Origin: a virus | Taxonomy: Duplodnaviria; Heunggongvirae; Uroviricota; Caudoviricetes | Strand: one strand, 5' to 3' | DNA: 64,000 nt | Virus record (IMG/VR): IMGVR_UViG_3300047447_000093 | Shown here: piece after piece, positions 36,936 through 47,260 of the stretch | Numbering within the stretch: position 1 is the stretch's first letter | How the letters are laid out: each line of letters opens with the position of its first letter | Position numbers and translations under genes: made by a program | The notes under the pieces: generated by a model | The model's database searches: none | Told to the model about the DNA's origin: nothing | Seen by the model: the letters and a program-made list of their open reading frames with translations, nothing else

Positions 36936-37423
36936 TGTTCGCCAAACTTAAGTTGTTCTTTCAACTCTTTCAATTCGGGAAAGAAGTTGGAAACAAACTA
37001 TTCTGGAAGCAAGCACAATCAACAGTCTTACCTGCTGTTGTGGGTGGTATTGTGGTTGTACTTAATCTTCTCAAATCCTTCGGTATCGAGGTTGGGCTTG
37101 ATGAAACTACTATTTATTATATTGCTGGTAGCCTTTACATGCTCATCAACTCTTGCCTCACCTTCATTACGTCGAAACATGCCGGTATTGGAGGAATGCA
37201 ACCGGGAGCCGTGGGAGAAGCCCAACAGGCTATGCCAAGCAATCCTACGCCAGCAGGAGGCGTTGAAGCAAGTACGACAGTGCAATCTGAGCATCAAGCC
37301 ACAAGTACCAGTCGATTTGACGACGAGACTATTAGGCGAGCTAGAGAATGGGCTGAACGACAAGGAATCGATGGGAAACCTGTTCCAGAGGGGCAGAATA
37401 ATCCTTTCAACACAATGGGCTGA
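36935..37423 (+). CDS. holin-like membrane protein
   Basis: 162 aa, two TM helices in the N-terminal half and a hydrophilic tail. Immediately downstream of the endolysin. Confidence 0.4.
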   Translation: MFAKLKLFFQLFQFGKEVGNKLFWKQAQSTVLPAVVGGIVVVLNLLKSFGIEVGLDETTIYYIAGSLYMLINSCLTFITSKHAGIGGMQPGAVGEAQQAMPSNPTPAGGVEASTTVQSEHQATSTSRFDDETIRRAREWAERQGIDGKPVPEGQNNPFNTMG

Positions 37424-37477
37424 AGAAGCCTTCCGTGACGGAAAGATTATTTTAACATACTCTTGCAGAAATTAAAA

Positions 37478-37504
37478 GGAGGAAGCTCCCTTGCGGAAAC
37501 CTCC
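37478..37504 (-). terminator. terminator for the minus-strand replication block
   Basis: GGAGG...CCTCC hairpin with a T-run on the minus strand. Confidence 0.45.
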
Positions 37505-37554
37505 CCCATGTGCTACTTTGATACTTCAAGTATAATGTGTGTTGTACTTTTTAG

Positions 37555-37587
37555 GCTTACTACAGAAATGTGGTAAGCTTTCTTTTT
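37555..37587 (+). terminator. rho-independent terminator after the lysis cassette
   Basis: GCTTAC-12 nt-GTAAGC followed by TTTCTTTTT. Confidence 0.55.
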
Positions 37588-37858
37588 ATGCAGCTTGCTT
37601 CAAAGCCTTGACAAACTTGCCAGTGGAGTTTAGGAAAGATACTACAGCGTCAACAGTGGCAGAGATGTTATTATACAAGGTATCGTAAGATACGGCAGGT
37701 TCAGAAGCGTTATAAATCGTTTTAATCAGGGACAAAGCCAGTTCCTTTTTATAGGAGCCGTTGCCGCCCTCTTTGTTCATTTCTTCAACAGAAACCAGAA
37801 CATCGGTGATGACAGGCAGCAGAGTAATGAGAGTTTTTGCGACGGTGAAGATAGACAC
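37586..37858 (-). CDS. small membrane protein (holin-like)
   Basis: 90 aa, N-terminal hydrophobic helix. Last gene of the minus-strand block. Confidence 0.3.
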   Translation of the reverse strand: MSIFTVAKTLITLLPVITDVLVSVEEMNKEGGNGSYKKELALSLIKTIYNASEPAVSYDTLYNNISATVDAVVSFLNSTGKFVKALKQAA

Positions 37859-37880
37859 GATTTTATTCCTTCTTAGTTAG

Positions 37881-38264
37881 TTACGCATTTTGATCAATTA
37901 GTTTTTCAAACGCTTGGAAGCGTTCAGCCTTCTTGACAGTCTTCTCTACAGCTTCTTGCTTTGCACGAGCGAAGAAGTATTCTTTTAACTCTTGGGCTTT
38001 GAATCCAGAGGCTCTTGAAGCTGATTTGATAGCCTGCTTCAGTTCCACACTGACTTCTTTCATCTCACTTACAAGTTGGTTGTAATCATCGTTGTCAGCA
38101 AGAATTTCGTCAAGTTTTTTCTGCAAGCATTTGACGTTTTCCTGCAACGTTGTCACATTTTCATCGGAATCTTTACAATCTTTGATAAGTTCTTTCTTCT
38201 TTTGCAGCGCACGCACCAGCGGCATCACTTCACGGCTATATTCAATCAGATTAGTTTCGTTCAT
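37881..38264 (-). CDS. hypothetical coiled-coil protein
   Basis: 127 aa, Glu/Lys-rich. Confidence 0.35.
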   Translation of the reverse strand: MNETNLIEYSREVMPLVRALQKKKELIKDCKDSDENVTTLQENVKCLQKKLDEILADNDDYNQLVSEMKEVSVELKQAIKSASRASGFKAQELKEYFFARAKQEAVEKTVKKAERFQAFEKLIDQNA

Positions 38265-38428
38265 TTGCTCTCCATATAATTTACCAGAATATCTACAACA
38301 CGTACAGCATCTACCTCAGGAATCAGCTTAGATAAATCTTCTTCGTAATCCTGCGGATTGTCTAGAAATTCTTGGTAGTATTTCGTCATTGCTTCTACTA
38401 GTTGTTCTTTGTTATACATAACTTCTCC

Positions 38429-38614
38429 TCAATTAAAAATTACACGAGACTCATATTTACCTTGTTCATTATTACCAGATGCCCACACCTTGCCACGGCT
38501 GACATAAGCAACAAGGTCAAATTCTGCTGAAATGAAACGTGCTGCTTTTTCTTTATCGTGGCTCACACGAAAGATGTTAATAGCTCGTTGTGCTGCTTGT
38601 TCAAATTGATTCAT
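38429..38614 (-). CDS. hypothetical protein
   Basis: 61-aa ORF. Confidence 0.3.
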   Translation of the reverse strand: MNQFEQAAQRAINIFRVSHDKEKAARFISAEFDLVAYVSRGKVWASGNNEQGKYESRVIFN

Positions 38615-38684
38615 ACACTCTCTCCTGTTTGTTTGTTGACAGACGCCATTGTAGAGATGTTCATGTTACCTGTCAAGCTTTTTC

Positions 38685-39272
38685 TCAATCTTCGATGAAA
38701 CGATGTTTCAAAGTAGTTCGGTTCTTCTTTTTACGCCGTTCACGTTGATAAGGTTCTTGTTCATGATATTCATGTGCGAGTTTTCTTGTTCCGTTTCGTT
38801 TGTATTGGTTTCCACGAATATTGTCTAGGACAACTTTCATCGCTGTTAGTTCGTCTTCAATACGTTCAATCTCTGACTGATCTTGAAACAATTCTCCCAC
38901 CTCTTCATCTTCCAATGATTGTTCACTTCCATAACCGTTTTGAATATTCATCATCGCTGCAAGCTCCCTTGCTAGAGAGACATCTTTCTTGCCAGCAGCA
39001 ATCATCCTGTCTTCTGCTGTACACCAAGGTGACAATCTAAATTGTCTGTCAGTCCTTACTTCCCCAATTATGACAAACCCTACTACAGACTTCTTTGTTA
39101 GTGTTCTGTGATAGGACACATCGTACTCTAATGGCCTGTCAATGTCAAGGCCCATTGTCCAAAGAAATTCATTTACAACAGCATCATTGTCAGGGTTTAT
39201 CAAATCAAACAAAGAGAAGTGAGCAAGCTCGGGAATAAGTTTCAAATCATGAGTGCTCACTACTTTCATCAA
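38685..39272 (-). CDS. hypothetical protein
   Basis: 195 aa with a basic C-terminal tail. Confidence 0.35.
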   Translation of the reverse strand: MMKVVSTHDLKLIPELAHFSLFDLINPDNDAVVNEFLWTMGLDIDRPLEYDVSYHRTLTKKSVVGFVIIGEVRTDRQFRLSPWCTAEDRMIAAGKKDVSLARELAAMMNIQNGYGSEQSLEDEEVGELFQDQSEIERIEDELTAMKVVLDNIRGNQYKRNGTRKLAHEYHEQEPYQRERRKKKNRTTLKHRFIED

Positions 39273-39484
39273 TTCTCCTGTCCGTATTTAGTAAAGTATG
39301 CAAAATAACTTACATACTCTTGTTCGTTTTTTACTTGCTTGTGTAACTCAAAAATAGGTTCTCCATCTGGAGTTTTAAACACTGTGCGAATCTCTGTCAT
39401 AAATCCTGTGAGATTGCCTTCATTCTCTTCTACAAGCTTTGCTGCTAGTTTCTCGTTGATTGGTACTTTAACTTTATTGTCCAT
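39269..39484 (-). CDS. hypothetical protein
   Basis: 71 aa, coupled to nrdB. Confidence 0.35.
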   Translation of the reverse strand: MDNKVKVPINEKLAAKLVEENEGNLTGFMTEIRTVFKTPDGEPIFELHKQVKNEQEYVSYFAYFTKYGQEN

Positions 39485-39493
39485 ACTGTCTCC

Positions 39494-40450
39494 TTAGTAA
39501 ACCCATTCACCTTGTAGAGAATCTTTACTGTAAGCTGTAATGGTAGTCTCAAAGAAGTTACCAAGAATACCATCCCCTGTTATTTCCTCAACAAACGGAA
39601 GAGGATTTTTCTGAATGCCGAATTGTGCCTTGAAGCCCATTTGTTGCATACGGTAATCACACACAAGACGAATATAGTCTTTTAAATCTTGTTTGTCAAG
39701 CAGTTTTGGTTGATGTACAGAGTAACACAAATCAATGAAATCATCTTCCAACTTCACAACCTCCCGTGCTGTTTCATAAATGTTGCGCTTAAGTTCTTCT
39801 GTAACAACTGAAGGATTCTCTTCAACAAAAATTTTAAACAGTTCGGACAAACCTTCTACGTGATAAGATTCTTCAATAATACTCCATTGATTGACACTCA
39901 CCATCCCCGGAAGTTTATTCACACGAGAGTAGTCAAGCAGCATAGCGAAGGATGCAAACAGATTAACACCTTCCATCAGAATTTGTTTGGCTAGGTATTC
40001 AGCCTTCCCTTTATTAGAGCGAAGGTCTGTAGCTTCAACCATAAAATCATGCTTATCCTTCATCTCTTTATACTGTAAGAATTCAGACATAAATTCTTCA
40101 CTGTCATATCCGAGAGTGTCATTCAGACGTTTGTATCCAAGCATGTGTGTTGTTTCACGACAGGCAAACGACAGCAGCATAATCCTAGCGTCAGCGTTCT
40201 TGAATACAGGGAGAAGTTTCTCAACATATCCTGCACAAACATCTGTATCAGCTTGTGTGAATAGGCGGAGAATCATCTTTGTGTAAGCCTTCTCTCCTTC
40301 TGAAATTGTGCCATCCTTCCACTGCACAACGTCTACAGACATATCAGCTTCTTCAGGATACCAGTGAGCACGTTCATGCTTGGCGTAAATCTCTTGCAGT
40401 TTATGATAACGTGGTACGAAGATTTCGGTAGTTTCTGTAATTTTACTCAT
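39494..40450 (-). CDS. nrdB: ribonucleotide reductase class Ia beta subunit
   Basis: 318 aa. Ferritin-like iron-ligand regions (EESYHVEGL) and length typical of NrdB. Directly downstream of nrdA. Confidence 0.85.
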   Translation of the reverse strand: MSKITETTEIFVPRYHKLQEIYAKHERAHWYPEEADMSVDVVQWKDGTISEGEKAYTKMILRLFTQADTDVCAGYVEKLLPVFKNADARIMLLSFACRETTHMLGYKRLNDTLGYDSEEFMSEFLQYKEMKDKHDFMVEATDLRSNKGKAEYLAKQILMEGVNLFASFAMLLDYSRVNKLPGMVSVNQWSIIEESYHVEGLSELFKIFVEENPSVVTEELKRNIYETAREVVKLEDDFIDLCYSVHQPKLLDKQDLKDYIRLVCDYRMQQMGFKAQFGIQKNPLPFVEEITGDGILGNFFETTITAYSKDSLQGEWVY

Positions 40451-40453
40451 TGT

Positions 40454-42322
40454 TTATCCTTGACACGAAACACAAACATCTTCACCAGACCAATCAACTA
40501 ATGCACGACGTTCAATAGCTTTGGCATTATCGGACACGCCCTCTCGCTCCCCTCTATAATAATACATTGTCGTCACGTTCTCACTCTTCAGGAATTTCAA
40601 GTGGACAGAATTAACATATTGCCTACTGCTACCAAATGGGAAATACACATTCAAACTTTGACTTTGGAATCCTGCACCAAGAGCACTTGCACGAGCATCA
40701 GCTTGTTCAATTACCCAATGCATATCTAATTCCATTGCTGTAGCAAACACTTTACGTTCATGCTCAGACAGGAAAATCAAATCAGCAACACTACCATCTT
40801 TAGAGAGAATGTAATCCCACGTTGCATCATCATCTTGTCCGTAGCTCTGTAGCACCCTTTGTAGATGACGATTCTTTACACGGAAGTTACCAGCACGAGT
40901 AGACTTCAGGAACACATTACGGAAGTATGGCTCAATGCAAGGAGAAGTGTCTAGCAGGTCAGCACTGTTTGCATTTGGTGCAATAGCTGTTACACGGCTA
41001 TTACGAAGTCCTGTACCTTTCATATCTTCTGGCTCACCACGTTCAATTGCTAGTTCTCTGCTAGAGGCTTCAGCACGCTTTGCAATCATACCATAAATCT
41101 GATGTGTATGTTGAATAGCACTGTTGAATCCACCACCCTCAAACGGAATACCTTTACTCTGCAAATAACCATGCCAACCTAGAGTGCCAAGCCCAATAGC
41201 ACGCTCTCGTTCAGCAGAATATTTAGCTTTCCTGAGATTATCTGGTGCTGTGTCAATAAAGCTCTGAAGAACATTGTCCAAGAAACGAATCAAATCTTCA
41301 ACAATCCTCGTATCTTTCCACTCTTCATATTTCTCAATATTCAAACTAGACAGGCAGCAGACGAAGGTACGTTCTTCATTTGTGGGCAGAGTAATTTCAG
41401 AACACAAATTACTACCTTTAATCTCTAATCCTAAATCCTTTTGGGATTGTGGCATCAGACGATTAGCCAAGTCAATCTTCATCAAATATGGCTCACCTGT
41501 CAGAGCACGAGTTTCAAGAATCTCTTCCCACACTTTACGTGCTGCCAGTGTCTCCCTAATTTCGCCAGTGTGAGGGCATTTCAAATCATACCATGTATCT
41601 TTCAAAACAGCTTCAATAAACTTGTCTGTCAGATTTACAGCATTGTGAAACTGTTGCCGATTATCACTCCTACGCTTACTGTCACCACCGGGCTTACGGA
41701 AACGAATATGCTCAATAATATCTGGATGATCTACACGTTGATAAGCAGCGATTGCACCTTTTCGTGTCTTACCTTGACGATAATATCCAATTGCACTGTC
41801 CATCACTTTCATATAAGGAATCGGGCCGGGGGCTTTACCCCCTACAGCACGAATACTCATATGAGCACCTGTACCACCTCCAGCAAGAGACAAATCAGCA
41901 AGCTCTTGCATCACTTCCACTTGACCTTTAGTTGTGTCTGGAACATCAAAGGCGAAGCAAGAGATAGGTTGACCGTTATATTTCTCTGTAGGGAAGAATG
42001 TGTGTAGTTTGTTCCACTCAACACCTTTTGACCAATTCTTCCATTCACCTTTTTGCGCATTACTGAGAACAGGACTAGCATACATGAACCATCCATTGTA
42101 CACATAATCATAAATACGTTGTGCTAGTTCATAGTCTCCGTAGCAATAAGCAACAGCAGGACGGGCAAGAGCTTGAGAGATTGTTTCATCATCACGCTTG
42201 TAGAATCCGTCTAGCAGTGTTCGGGAAAACTCAGTGATATAAGCAGGGTCTTCTTTATTAATTTCAATTCCAAGATACTTTTCTTTTGTCATTTCCACCC
42301 TTTGTTCATTTGAAGAAAGCAT
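40454..42322 (-). CDS. nrdA: ribonucleotide reductase class I alpha subunit (no ATP cone)
   Basis: 622 aa. Active-site region SNLCSEITLPT and C-terminal CxxC tail (CVSCQG). No KRDG ATP-cone motif at the N-terminus. Confidence 0.85.
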   Translation of the reverse strand: MLSSNEQRVEMTKEKYLGIEINKEDPAYITEFSRTLLDGFYKRDDETISQALARPAVAYCYGDYELAQRIYDYVYNGWFMYASPVLSNAQKGEWKNWSKGVEWNKLHTFFPTEKYNGQPISCFAFDVPDTTKGQVEVMQELADLSLAGGGTGAHMSIRAVGGKAPGPIPYMKVMDSAIGYYRQGKTRKGAIAAYQRVDHPDIIEHIRFRKPGGDSKRRSDNRQQFHNAVNLTDKFIEAVLKDTWYDLKCPHTGEIRETLAARKVWEEILETRALTGEPYLMKIDLANRLMPQSQKDLGLEIKGSNLCSEITLPTNEERTFVCCLSSLNIEKYEEWKDTRIVEDLIRFLDNVLQSFIDTAPDNLRKAKYSAERERAIGLGTLGWHGYLQSKGIPFEGGGFNSAIQHTHQIYGMIAKRAEASSRELAIERGEPEDMKGTGLRNSRVTAIAPNANSADLLDTSPCIEPYFRNVFLKSTRAGNFRVKNRHLQRVLQSYGQDDDATWDYILSKDGSVADLIFLSEHERKVFATAMELDMHWVIEQADARASALGAGFQSQSLNVYFPFGSSRQYVNSVHLKFLKSENVTTMYYYRGEREGVSDNAKAIERRALVDWSGEDVCVSCQG

Positions 42323-42477
42323 CCATTATACCATTTCACCCCTACGTCTGTCAATTTCATTGTAAACTTCTTCGCAAGTCTTTTCACAATCTCTTAACTT
42401 CTCTTCCAAAGAAGTAGCTTCCTGTTCCCAATGATTTAGAATTACTAAAAGTTCTTCAGTTGTGTACTGCGAAAAGT

Positions 42478-42948
42478 TCATTTAAAGAACTCCCTAGGAG
42501 CACAATCATTAATTTCAACAGGGACAAATCCATGAGGCTTCCTAATCTTCCCGTTCTCATCTCGCCACACAAGAACTTCATGTTCCTTATTGTGTGTTAG
42601 CGTCCACTCACTATTCCATTCAACAGGAACGGGGATTGTTGGATTGACAGCACTAGGGTATTTAGAAAGAATACTATCAGTGATACGTTTCATCGCTGTG
42701 GCTACATCATATCCAGAAGCATCTAGTTTCAGCAGCAATCCACTGACAACAACAAACATATCGATTGCACCATCAAGAATACCTACAGGATTCTCCAGGT
42801 CATACTCATCCACAGTTTCAAGATATTCTTCCTGAATAAGATCAAGCTGAAGTGCAATTGAGTCTTTTGTTACGTTTTCTAGTTGTTCTGCAATATCGTT
42901 GAATTTTCGAATTGCTGTGTAAGCTTTTCCAATTTGTTTTTGATTCAA
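42478..42948 (-). CDS. possible MazG-like nucleotide pyrophosphohydrolase
   Basis: LIQEEYLETVDEYDLENPVGILDGAIDMFVV resembles the EExxE...D....D MazG metal-binding helix pair. Weak. Confidence 0.25.
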   Translation of the reverse strand: MNQKQIGKAYTAIRKFNDIAEQLENVTKDSIALQLDLIQEEYLETVDEYDLENPVGILDGAIDMFVVVSGLLLKLDASGYDVATAMKRITDSILSKYPSAVNPTIPVPVEWNSEWTLTHNKEHEVLVWRDENGKIRKPHGFVPVEINDCAPREFFK

Positions 42949-43328
42949 AAGTCTTCTCCAATCTCTAGTAGTCGTGCAATTTGGGTATTCACAAAAATCT
43001 TTTCAGCAGTGTTGCAAGCACGACAGATTTCAAGAATATCCTTTTCCCTTTCAGAGTAAAAGCAGTCAACCCAATATTGAGGGCTAGATGCAAAGAAGTC
43101 TTTTGCAGCTTCTTTCTCCATCCTCTGCCAAGCTTCACTTGTGTTGATTGGCTTCTTCTTAATGTTGAAGAGTTTCTGCAAGAAATTACGTTCAAAGTAG
43201 TTAGAGATGTAATCGTTAATCATCTCCGATTTATACTCCTGCCGTTTCACTTTAATACGAAGAAGTATTTGTTGACAGCGGGTATCAACCCACTTACTGT
43301 CAAGTTCTACGAAGCCATTGATTTTCAT
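42945..43328 (-). CDS. hypothetical protein
   Basis: 127-aa ORF. Confidence 0.35.
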   Translation of the reverse strand: MKINGFVELDSKWVDTRCQQILLRIKVKRQEYKSEMINDYISNYFERNFLQKLFNIKKKPINTSEAWQRMEKEAAKDFFASSPQYWVDCFYSEREKDILEICRACNTAEKIFVNTQIARLLEIGEDF

Positions 43329-44200
43329 AGTGGCATTGCCTCCAGCACAGGAATTCCATCAATAATCAAACTAGTTCCGATGATAGGACGTTTCAAATTG
43401 GTATTGTTGTATGCAAATGCGTAGCTGCTATCATCAATCAAACAACCACTATTCATAGCAAAGAATAGCCCATTCGGATTCGCCCAATATTTTACACCAA
43501 AGCTTTCGTGATAGTGTCCACAAACATGAGACATAGACATTGCTTGACTTGTCTTAATTGCCTCACTACTCTTACCATGATGAATATACACTTGTTGACC
43601 ATCAGGCAGTTCTAGAGTAAGATCATAATGCCACTTCCAACCCTCTCCTACACCCAACACTTCATTGTAGCTCTTGATGTATTGCCTTGGAATTCCGTGA
43701 TGCTTTGCCTTCCGATATACCATAGAGCCATGATTAGAATCAATCAAGTCCATGACAGGGAAAAGTTCGTACAGTTCTGCAATTACAGGCAGGGCCGCTT
43801 TCAGTTCATCTCCTGCACTAAACAAATCAGGATCACTATCGTGGAAGCTGAGATTGTGTTTATCAAGTTCATCACCCAAACAAATAACACGAGTAGGATT
43901 GTAACGTTCCTTCAGCATCTTCAAGAAAGGAATAGTGTTGGGATGATGATAAGGAATGTGCATATCAGAGATAAAGAGGATACGGGAATTATCTTCTTCC
44001 AGATTGACATCACCAAAAGGCCAGTCATCATCTTTTGCAAGCTTGTACGTAGTAACTTTAGGAAGCTCTAGCTCTTTGTAATATTTCCGAAGGAAGTCAC
44101 TCACTGTACTCTTAGGTTTATTCACTTGTTGTGCAATATCTCTCCAAGACATCACACCTGTTTGAGCTAGTTTTACAGCATCAATCTGCCATTCAATCAA
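43325..44200 (-). CDS. metallophosphoesterase with N-terminal HTH
   Basis: ISDMHIP, GDELDKH, SNHG, GHYHE motifs. N-terminal WRDIAQQVNKPKSTVSDFLRK HTH. Confidence 0.55.
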   Translation of the reverse strand: MIEWQIDAVKLAQTGVMSWRDIAQQVNKPKSTVSDFLRKYYKELELPKVTTYKLAKDDDWPFGDVNLEEDNSRILFISDMHIPYHHPNTIPFLKMLKERYNPTRVICLGDELDKHNLSFHDSDPDLFSAGDELKAALPVIAELYELFPVMDLIDSNHGSMVYRKAKHHGIPRQYIKSYNEVLGVGEGWKWHYDLTLELPDGQQVYIHHGKSSEAIKTSQAMSMSHVCGHYHESFGVKYWANPNGLFFAMNSGCLIDDSSYAFAYNNTNLKRPIIGTSLIIDGIPVLEAMPL

Positions 44201-44702
44201 TCTGGTTCTCCTTTAGAAATATCTCTCTCAAAGCACTCTTCCGTTTCTCATCGTTGGTTGCATTATTATACCCATTTTCTTGTAGTAAAGCAAGAGTGGT
44301 TTTCTTGTCTTTCATTGTTTGTGCTACCCAAATGGATACAATTGCTTCTTTTTTGGAAACGTTATAACGTTCCATGTATGTCTTGATGTTGTGGCACTCA
44401 TCACACAATACTTGTAATCCAGAAGCATCACAGAAAAGCTTTTCAACAAAATCTGCTATGTCTTCTTTGTTGTTCAATTGTCCAGCCGGTGTTATGTGAT
44501 CAACAGAGACGGATTTAGCATCAAACTCCCCTGTACATTCAGCACAAATGTAGGAGAATTTCCTACGTTTGTTGTCGCCGATATATGGCACTTTAGCAGC
44601 AGCCAATGCTTCAAATATAGGGGGCCAGCGCCGGGAGAGTTTGCGTAGGCCGCTTCTGAGCCATGTATAAAAGTTAGTTTGCTTCTTAATACACCACCTC
44701 AT
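44193..44702 (-). CDS. HNH endonuclease
   Basis: CAECTGEF...VDHITP...LQVLCDECHNIKT. Confidence 0.65.
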   Translation of the reverse strand: MRWCIKKQTNFYTWLRSGLRKLSRRWPPIFEALAAAKVPYIGDNKRRKFSYICAECTGEFDAKSVSVDHITPAGQLNNKEDIADFVEKLFCDASGLQVLCDECHNIKTYMERYNVSKKEAIVSIWVAQTMKDKKTTLALLQENGYNNATNDEKRKSALREIFLKENQID

Positions 44703-44892
44703 TTAAATCATCTGGGAAATCTCCCCTGTCCTGAAGCCAATCCTCATCAGCTTCAGCCTTGTAAGTGTTGCAGCCAAGCTCAGAGATAACCTGCATCCAA
44801 TCAATCGAATGTCCTTGATCGATCAACTCACCTTCGATATAAACAGCTTGCCAATCTTCTCCACGAATCCACATGACATCTCTGCTCATCAT
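44686..44892 (-). CDS. hypothetical protein
   Basis: 68-aa acidic ORF. Confidence 0.3.
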   Translation of the reverse strand: MMSRDVMWIRGEDWQAVYIEGELIDQGHSIDWMQVISELGCNTYKAEADEDWLQDRGDFPDDLNEVVY

Positions 44893-45086
44893 TTCCCCTT
44901 GTTATAACAATCAGCATACCCTTGACGATAAGACTCTTGCATAGCAATGCAGACAGCAGCGACACTCTGCACATCAGGTTCATAATTTTCTGTTACACCA
45001 ACATCTTCTGCACAAGCTTTAATACAAGCAATAGCTGTTTCAATCATGTGTTCTGGGAAAGACTCTCTCAGTGTTTTGTAGCTCAT
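44889..45086 (-). CDS. hypothetical protein
   Basis: 65-aa ORF. Confidence 0.3.
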   Translation of the reverse strand: MSYKTLRESFPEHMIETAIACIKACAEDVGVTENYEPDVQSVAAVCIAMQESYRQGYADCYNKGK

Positions 45087-46090
45087 AGTTTCACTCCATA
45101 TTTATCAAGTTCTTCATCTAGATTGAATTTATAATCCTCGCTAGTCATCATCCGAGACATCACACAATTCTCATTGAGGACATATCGATAATCAATCTCA
45201 AATTCATCTCCACGCCAGCCTGTAAACATCTTTGGCTCTGGGTAGAGCTTCTTATATCCTTTGATAACGGCTTCCCAAGCTTCTTTCTCGTTCTTACAAT
45301 CAGCTAGGAGTTTGTAGGCTGATTTTTCGCCCCATTTGTTTTCAGGGCAGGCTGAATTGGCCCAATACTCGTCACTGTCATCTCCGTACAACACTTGGAA
45401 CAACCACCAAATATATCCGTTCCCTTTGACAGCGTTCTTGTCATTGATATATAATTTACCAAAGCCACTGATGTGTTGTGGCTCATTCATCTCACCATGA
45501 ATATAATAATTGATATTGCAGCCGAAGAAATCTTTCTCAACACCAACTAAAACTTTGGAGGGGTCTTCTGTACAATCTATCACACAGCGGTCATCGCACT
45601 CAATACCGCGAATGATTTTGGCACCGTGACAAGTAATCAGATATTTTTCAACTTCTTCCAAGTGGATCGGTTTAAGGGATTTTGACCTGGAACTTTTGTA
45701 TTGAACTATTGTAGAGGCGTCTACTCGAAAGCTGTCCCCTTTACCAATGTAGACTTGGTAGTCTTTTGCATCTAAATGTTCTACAATATTGTTAATATGA
45801 TTTTTTACTGAAGATAGGACAAATTCTACAGGCTCTGCTTCTTGTTTGTCTACAAACTCAAACTCAGAAACGTCAAAAGGGTGTTTACCGCTCTGCATTC
45901 TAGATAAATTAGTTTCTGCCAGCCAACCACCTTCTTTTTTCTTCCAATGCCCGTAGAAAGCAGTTCGGTTATCAAAGTTTTTAATTTTACCTGTCGGCGT
46001 GTGTATAACATTTACAGATCGTTTTTCTCCAGCAGAAGATATCATATATTTAATGTAATCTCCATCAATTACTAAGCTAGCGTTCTCCAA
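45083..46090 (-). CDS. 5'-3' exonuclease / flap endonuclease (T7 gp6 / T4 RNase H-like)
   Basis: N-terminal LVIDGDYIKY and an acidic cluster IRGIECDDRCVIDC match the PIN/FEN metal-binding motifs. Confidence 0.45.
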   Translation of the reverse strand: MENASLVIDGDYIKYMISSAGEKRSVNVIHTPTGKIKNFDNRTAFYGHWKKKEGGWLAETNLSRMQSGKHPFDVSEFEFVDKQEAEPVEFVLSSVKNHINNIVEHLDAKDYQVYIGKGDSFRVDASTIVQYKSSRSKSLKPIHLEEVEKYLITCHGAKIIRGIECDDRCVIDCTEDPSKVLVGVEKDFFGCNINYYIHGEMNEPQHISGFGKLYINDKNAVKGNGYIWWLFQVLYGDDSDEYWANSACPENKWGEKSAYKLLADCKNEKEAWEAVIKGYKKLYPEPKMFTGWRGDEFEIDYRYVLNENCVMSRMMTSEDYKFNLDEELDKYGVKL

Positions 46091-46215
46091 TTTTTATCTC
46101 CCTACTTAAAACTTCAAGCTTGCCAAATGTTTGACCTATTAATTCTGAATTGTTTGGTTTCTTCATAATCAAGAAACCCCTGCCCATTTCTGAACAGGGG
46201 CTGTGTTAAATTACA

Positions 46216-46860
46216 TCAAAAAGGTGCCGAATCCGAATCATCATCCGAAGCATCCGGCTCAGGCTCTTTAGCAGCTTTCGCAGCACGAGCTTGAGTAGCT
46301 TCTTTGCGAGGAGCTTCTTTCTTCACTTCTTTGATATCGCCGAATTCCGAGCCAGCCGCACCACCAGTGGAGACATACTCTTTGAAACCTTCTTCATCCA
46401 TCAGGACGTTAGCCAGCTTTGCAAAAGTACCAAAATCAGTACTATTGATACGATAGCTCACTTTACCGTAAGAGCCATTAGCAATCAGGCGGCTCTCAGT
46501 GATGTCTACACGATCACCGTTATCATAATCAACAAACACCTTAGGGCGATTCTCAGGATAGAAATCTTCACCATCCTTCGTAGCATCTCGCTTGAGTTTA
46601 ATTTCGTAGACGTTCTTTTCACCTTTCAGACTGTCAGGCAGAGGCAGTTTGTATTTTGTTTCAAACTCACTTGCTTTGACTTTCTTTGCAGGTTGTTTTT
46701 TGAATTCCTCATCCCAAGCGTCAGCAGTGTCTTCATTAACAATAACAGAGATTGTATATTCAGTGTCCTTGCTCTGATACTTAGTAGACGGTTCTGCAAT
46801 CTTTGCATACACCAGAGTGCCTTCAACAACACCAAACGTCTTTTTCTTGTCAGTAGTCAT
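46216..46860 (-). CDS. ssDNA-binding protein (T7 gp2.5-like)
   Basis: 214 aa. OB-fold-sized core plus an acidic C-terminal tail ending DDDSDSAPF (terminal Phe, as in gp2.5). Confidence 0.5.
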   Translation of the reverse strand: MTTDKKKTFGVVEGTLVYAKIAEPSTKYQSKDTEYTISVIVNEDTADAWDEEFKKQPAKKVKASEFETKYKLPLPDSLKGEKNVYEIKLKRDATKDGEDFYPENRPKVFVDYDNGDRVDITESRLIANGSYGKVSYRINSTDFGTFAKLANVLMDEEGFKEYVSTGGAAGSEFGDIKEVKKEAPRKEATQARAAKAAKEPEPDASDDDSDSAPF

Positions 46861-46927
46861 ATATTTCCTTTTGTAAAATTAAAATTGTCCGCTTGGATTC
46901 TCCTCTTGGATATTCGATAAATATTAT

Positions 46928-47260
46928 TTAAACAAATATCGACACAACAAATCCAATAGCCAGCACAGCAGTAAGACGAATATACATCTCACCAATCTTC
47001 TGTCCAATGTGTTCGTATGTGTCTTGCCCCTCCTTCTTAGTGTCTTTCTTTACCAGATTCCCTTTGAAATATCCCACAAACAAACTCAACCCAATGGCTT
47101 GTGCAATACCAAGCGCTGGAGCATGGAATGTTGGCACAACAAACCAATGCCACAACATTGTCAGGGTGAAAGCTCCGTAGAAGAATGCTCCGAAGACGAG
47201 AGACAGGAGGAAGAGGATTGCTAGGATTCCGAAGAGATTTTCTTTTGTGTTCTTGCTCAT
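46928..47260 (-). CDS. membrane protein
   Basis: 110 aa, 3-4 hydrophobic helices. Confidence 0.4.
   Translation of the reverse strand: MSKNTKENLFGILAILFLLSLVFGAFFYGAFTLTMLWHWFVVPTFHAPALGIAQAIGLSLFVGYFKGNLVKKDTKKEGQDTYEHIGQKIGEMYIRLTAVLAIGFVVSIFV

Noticed and set aside
36987-37475. 162-aa ORF overlapping the holin-like gene in another frame
   Set aside because: The membrane-protein frame 36935..37423 is coupled to the endolysin stop. The alternative frame lacks an RBS.
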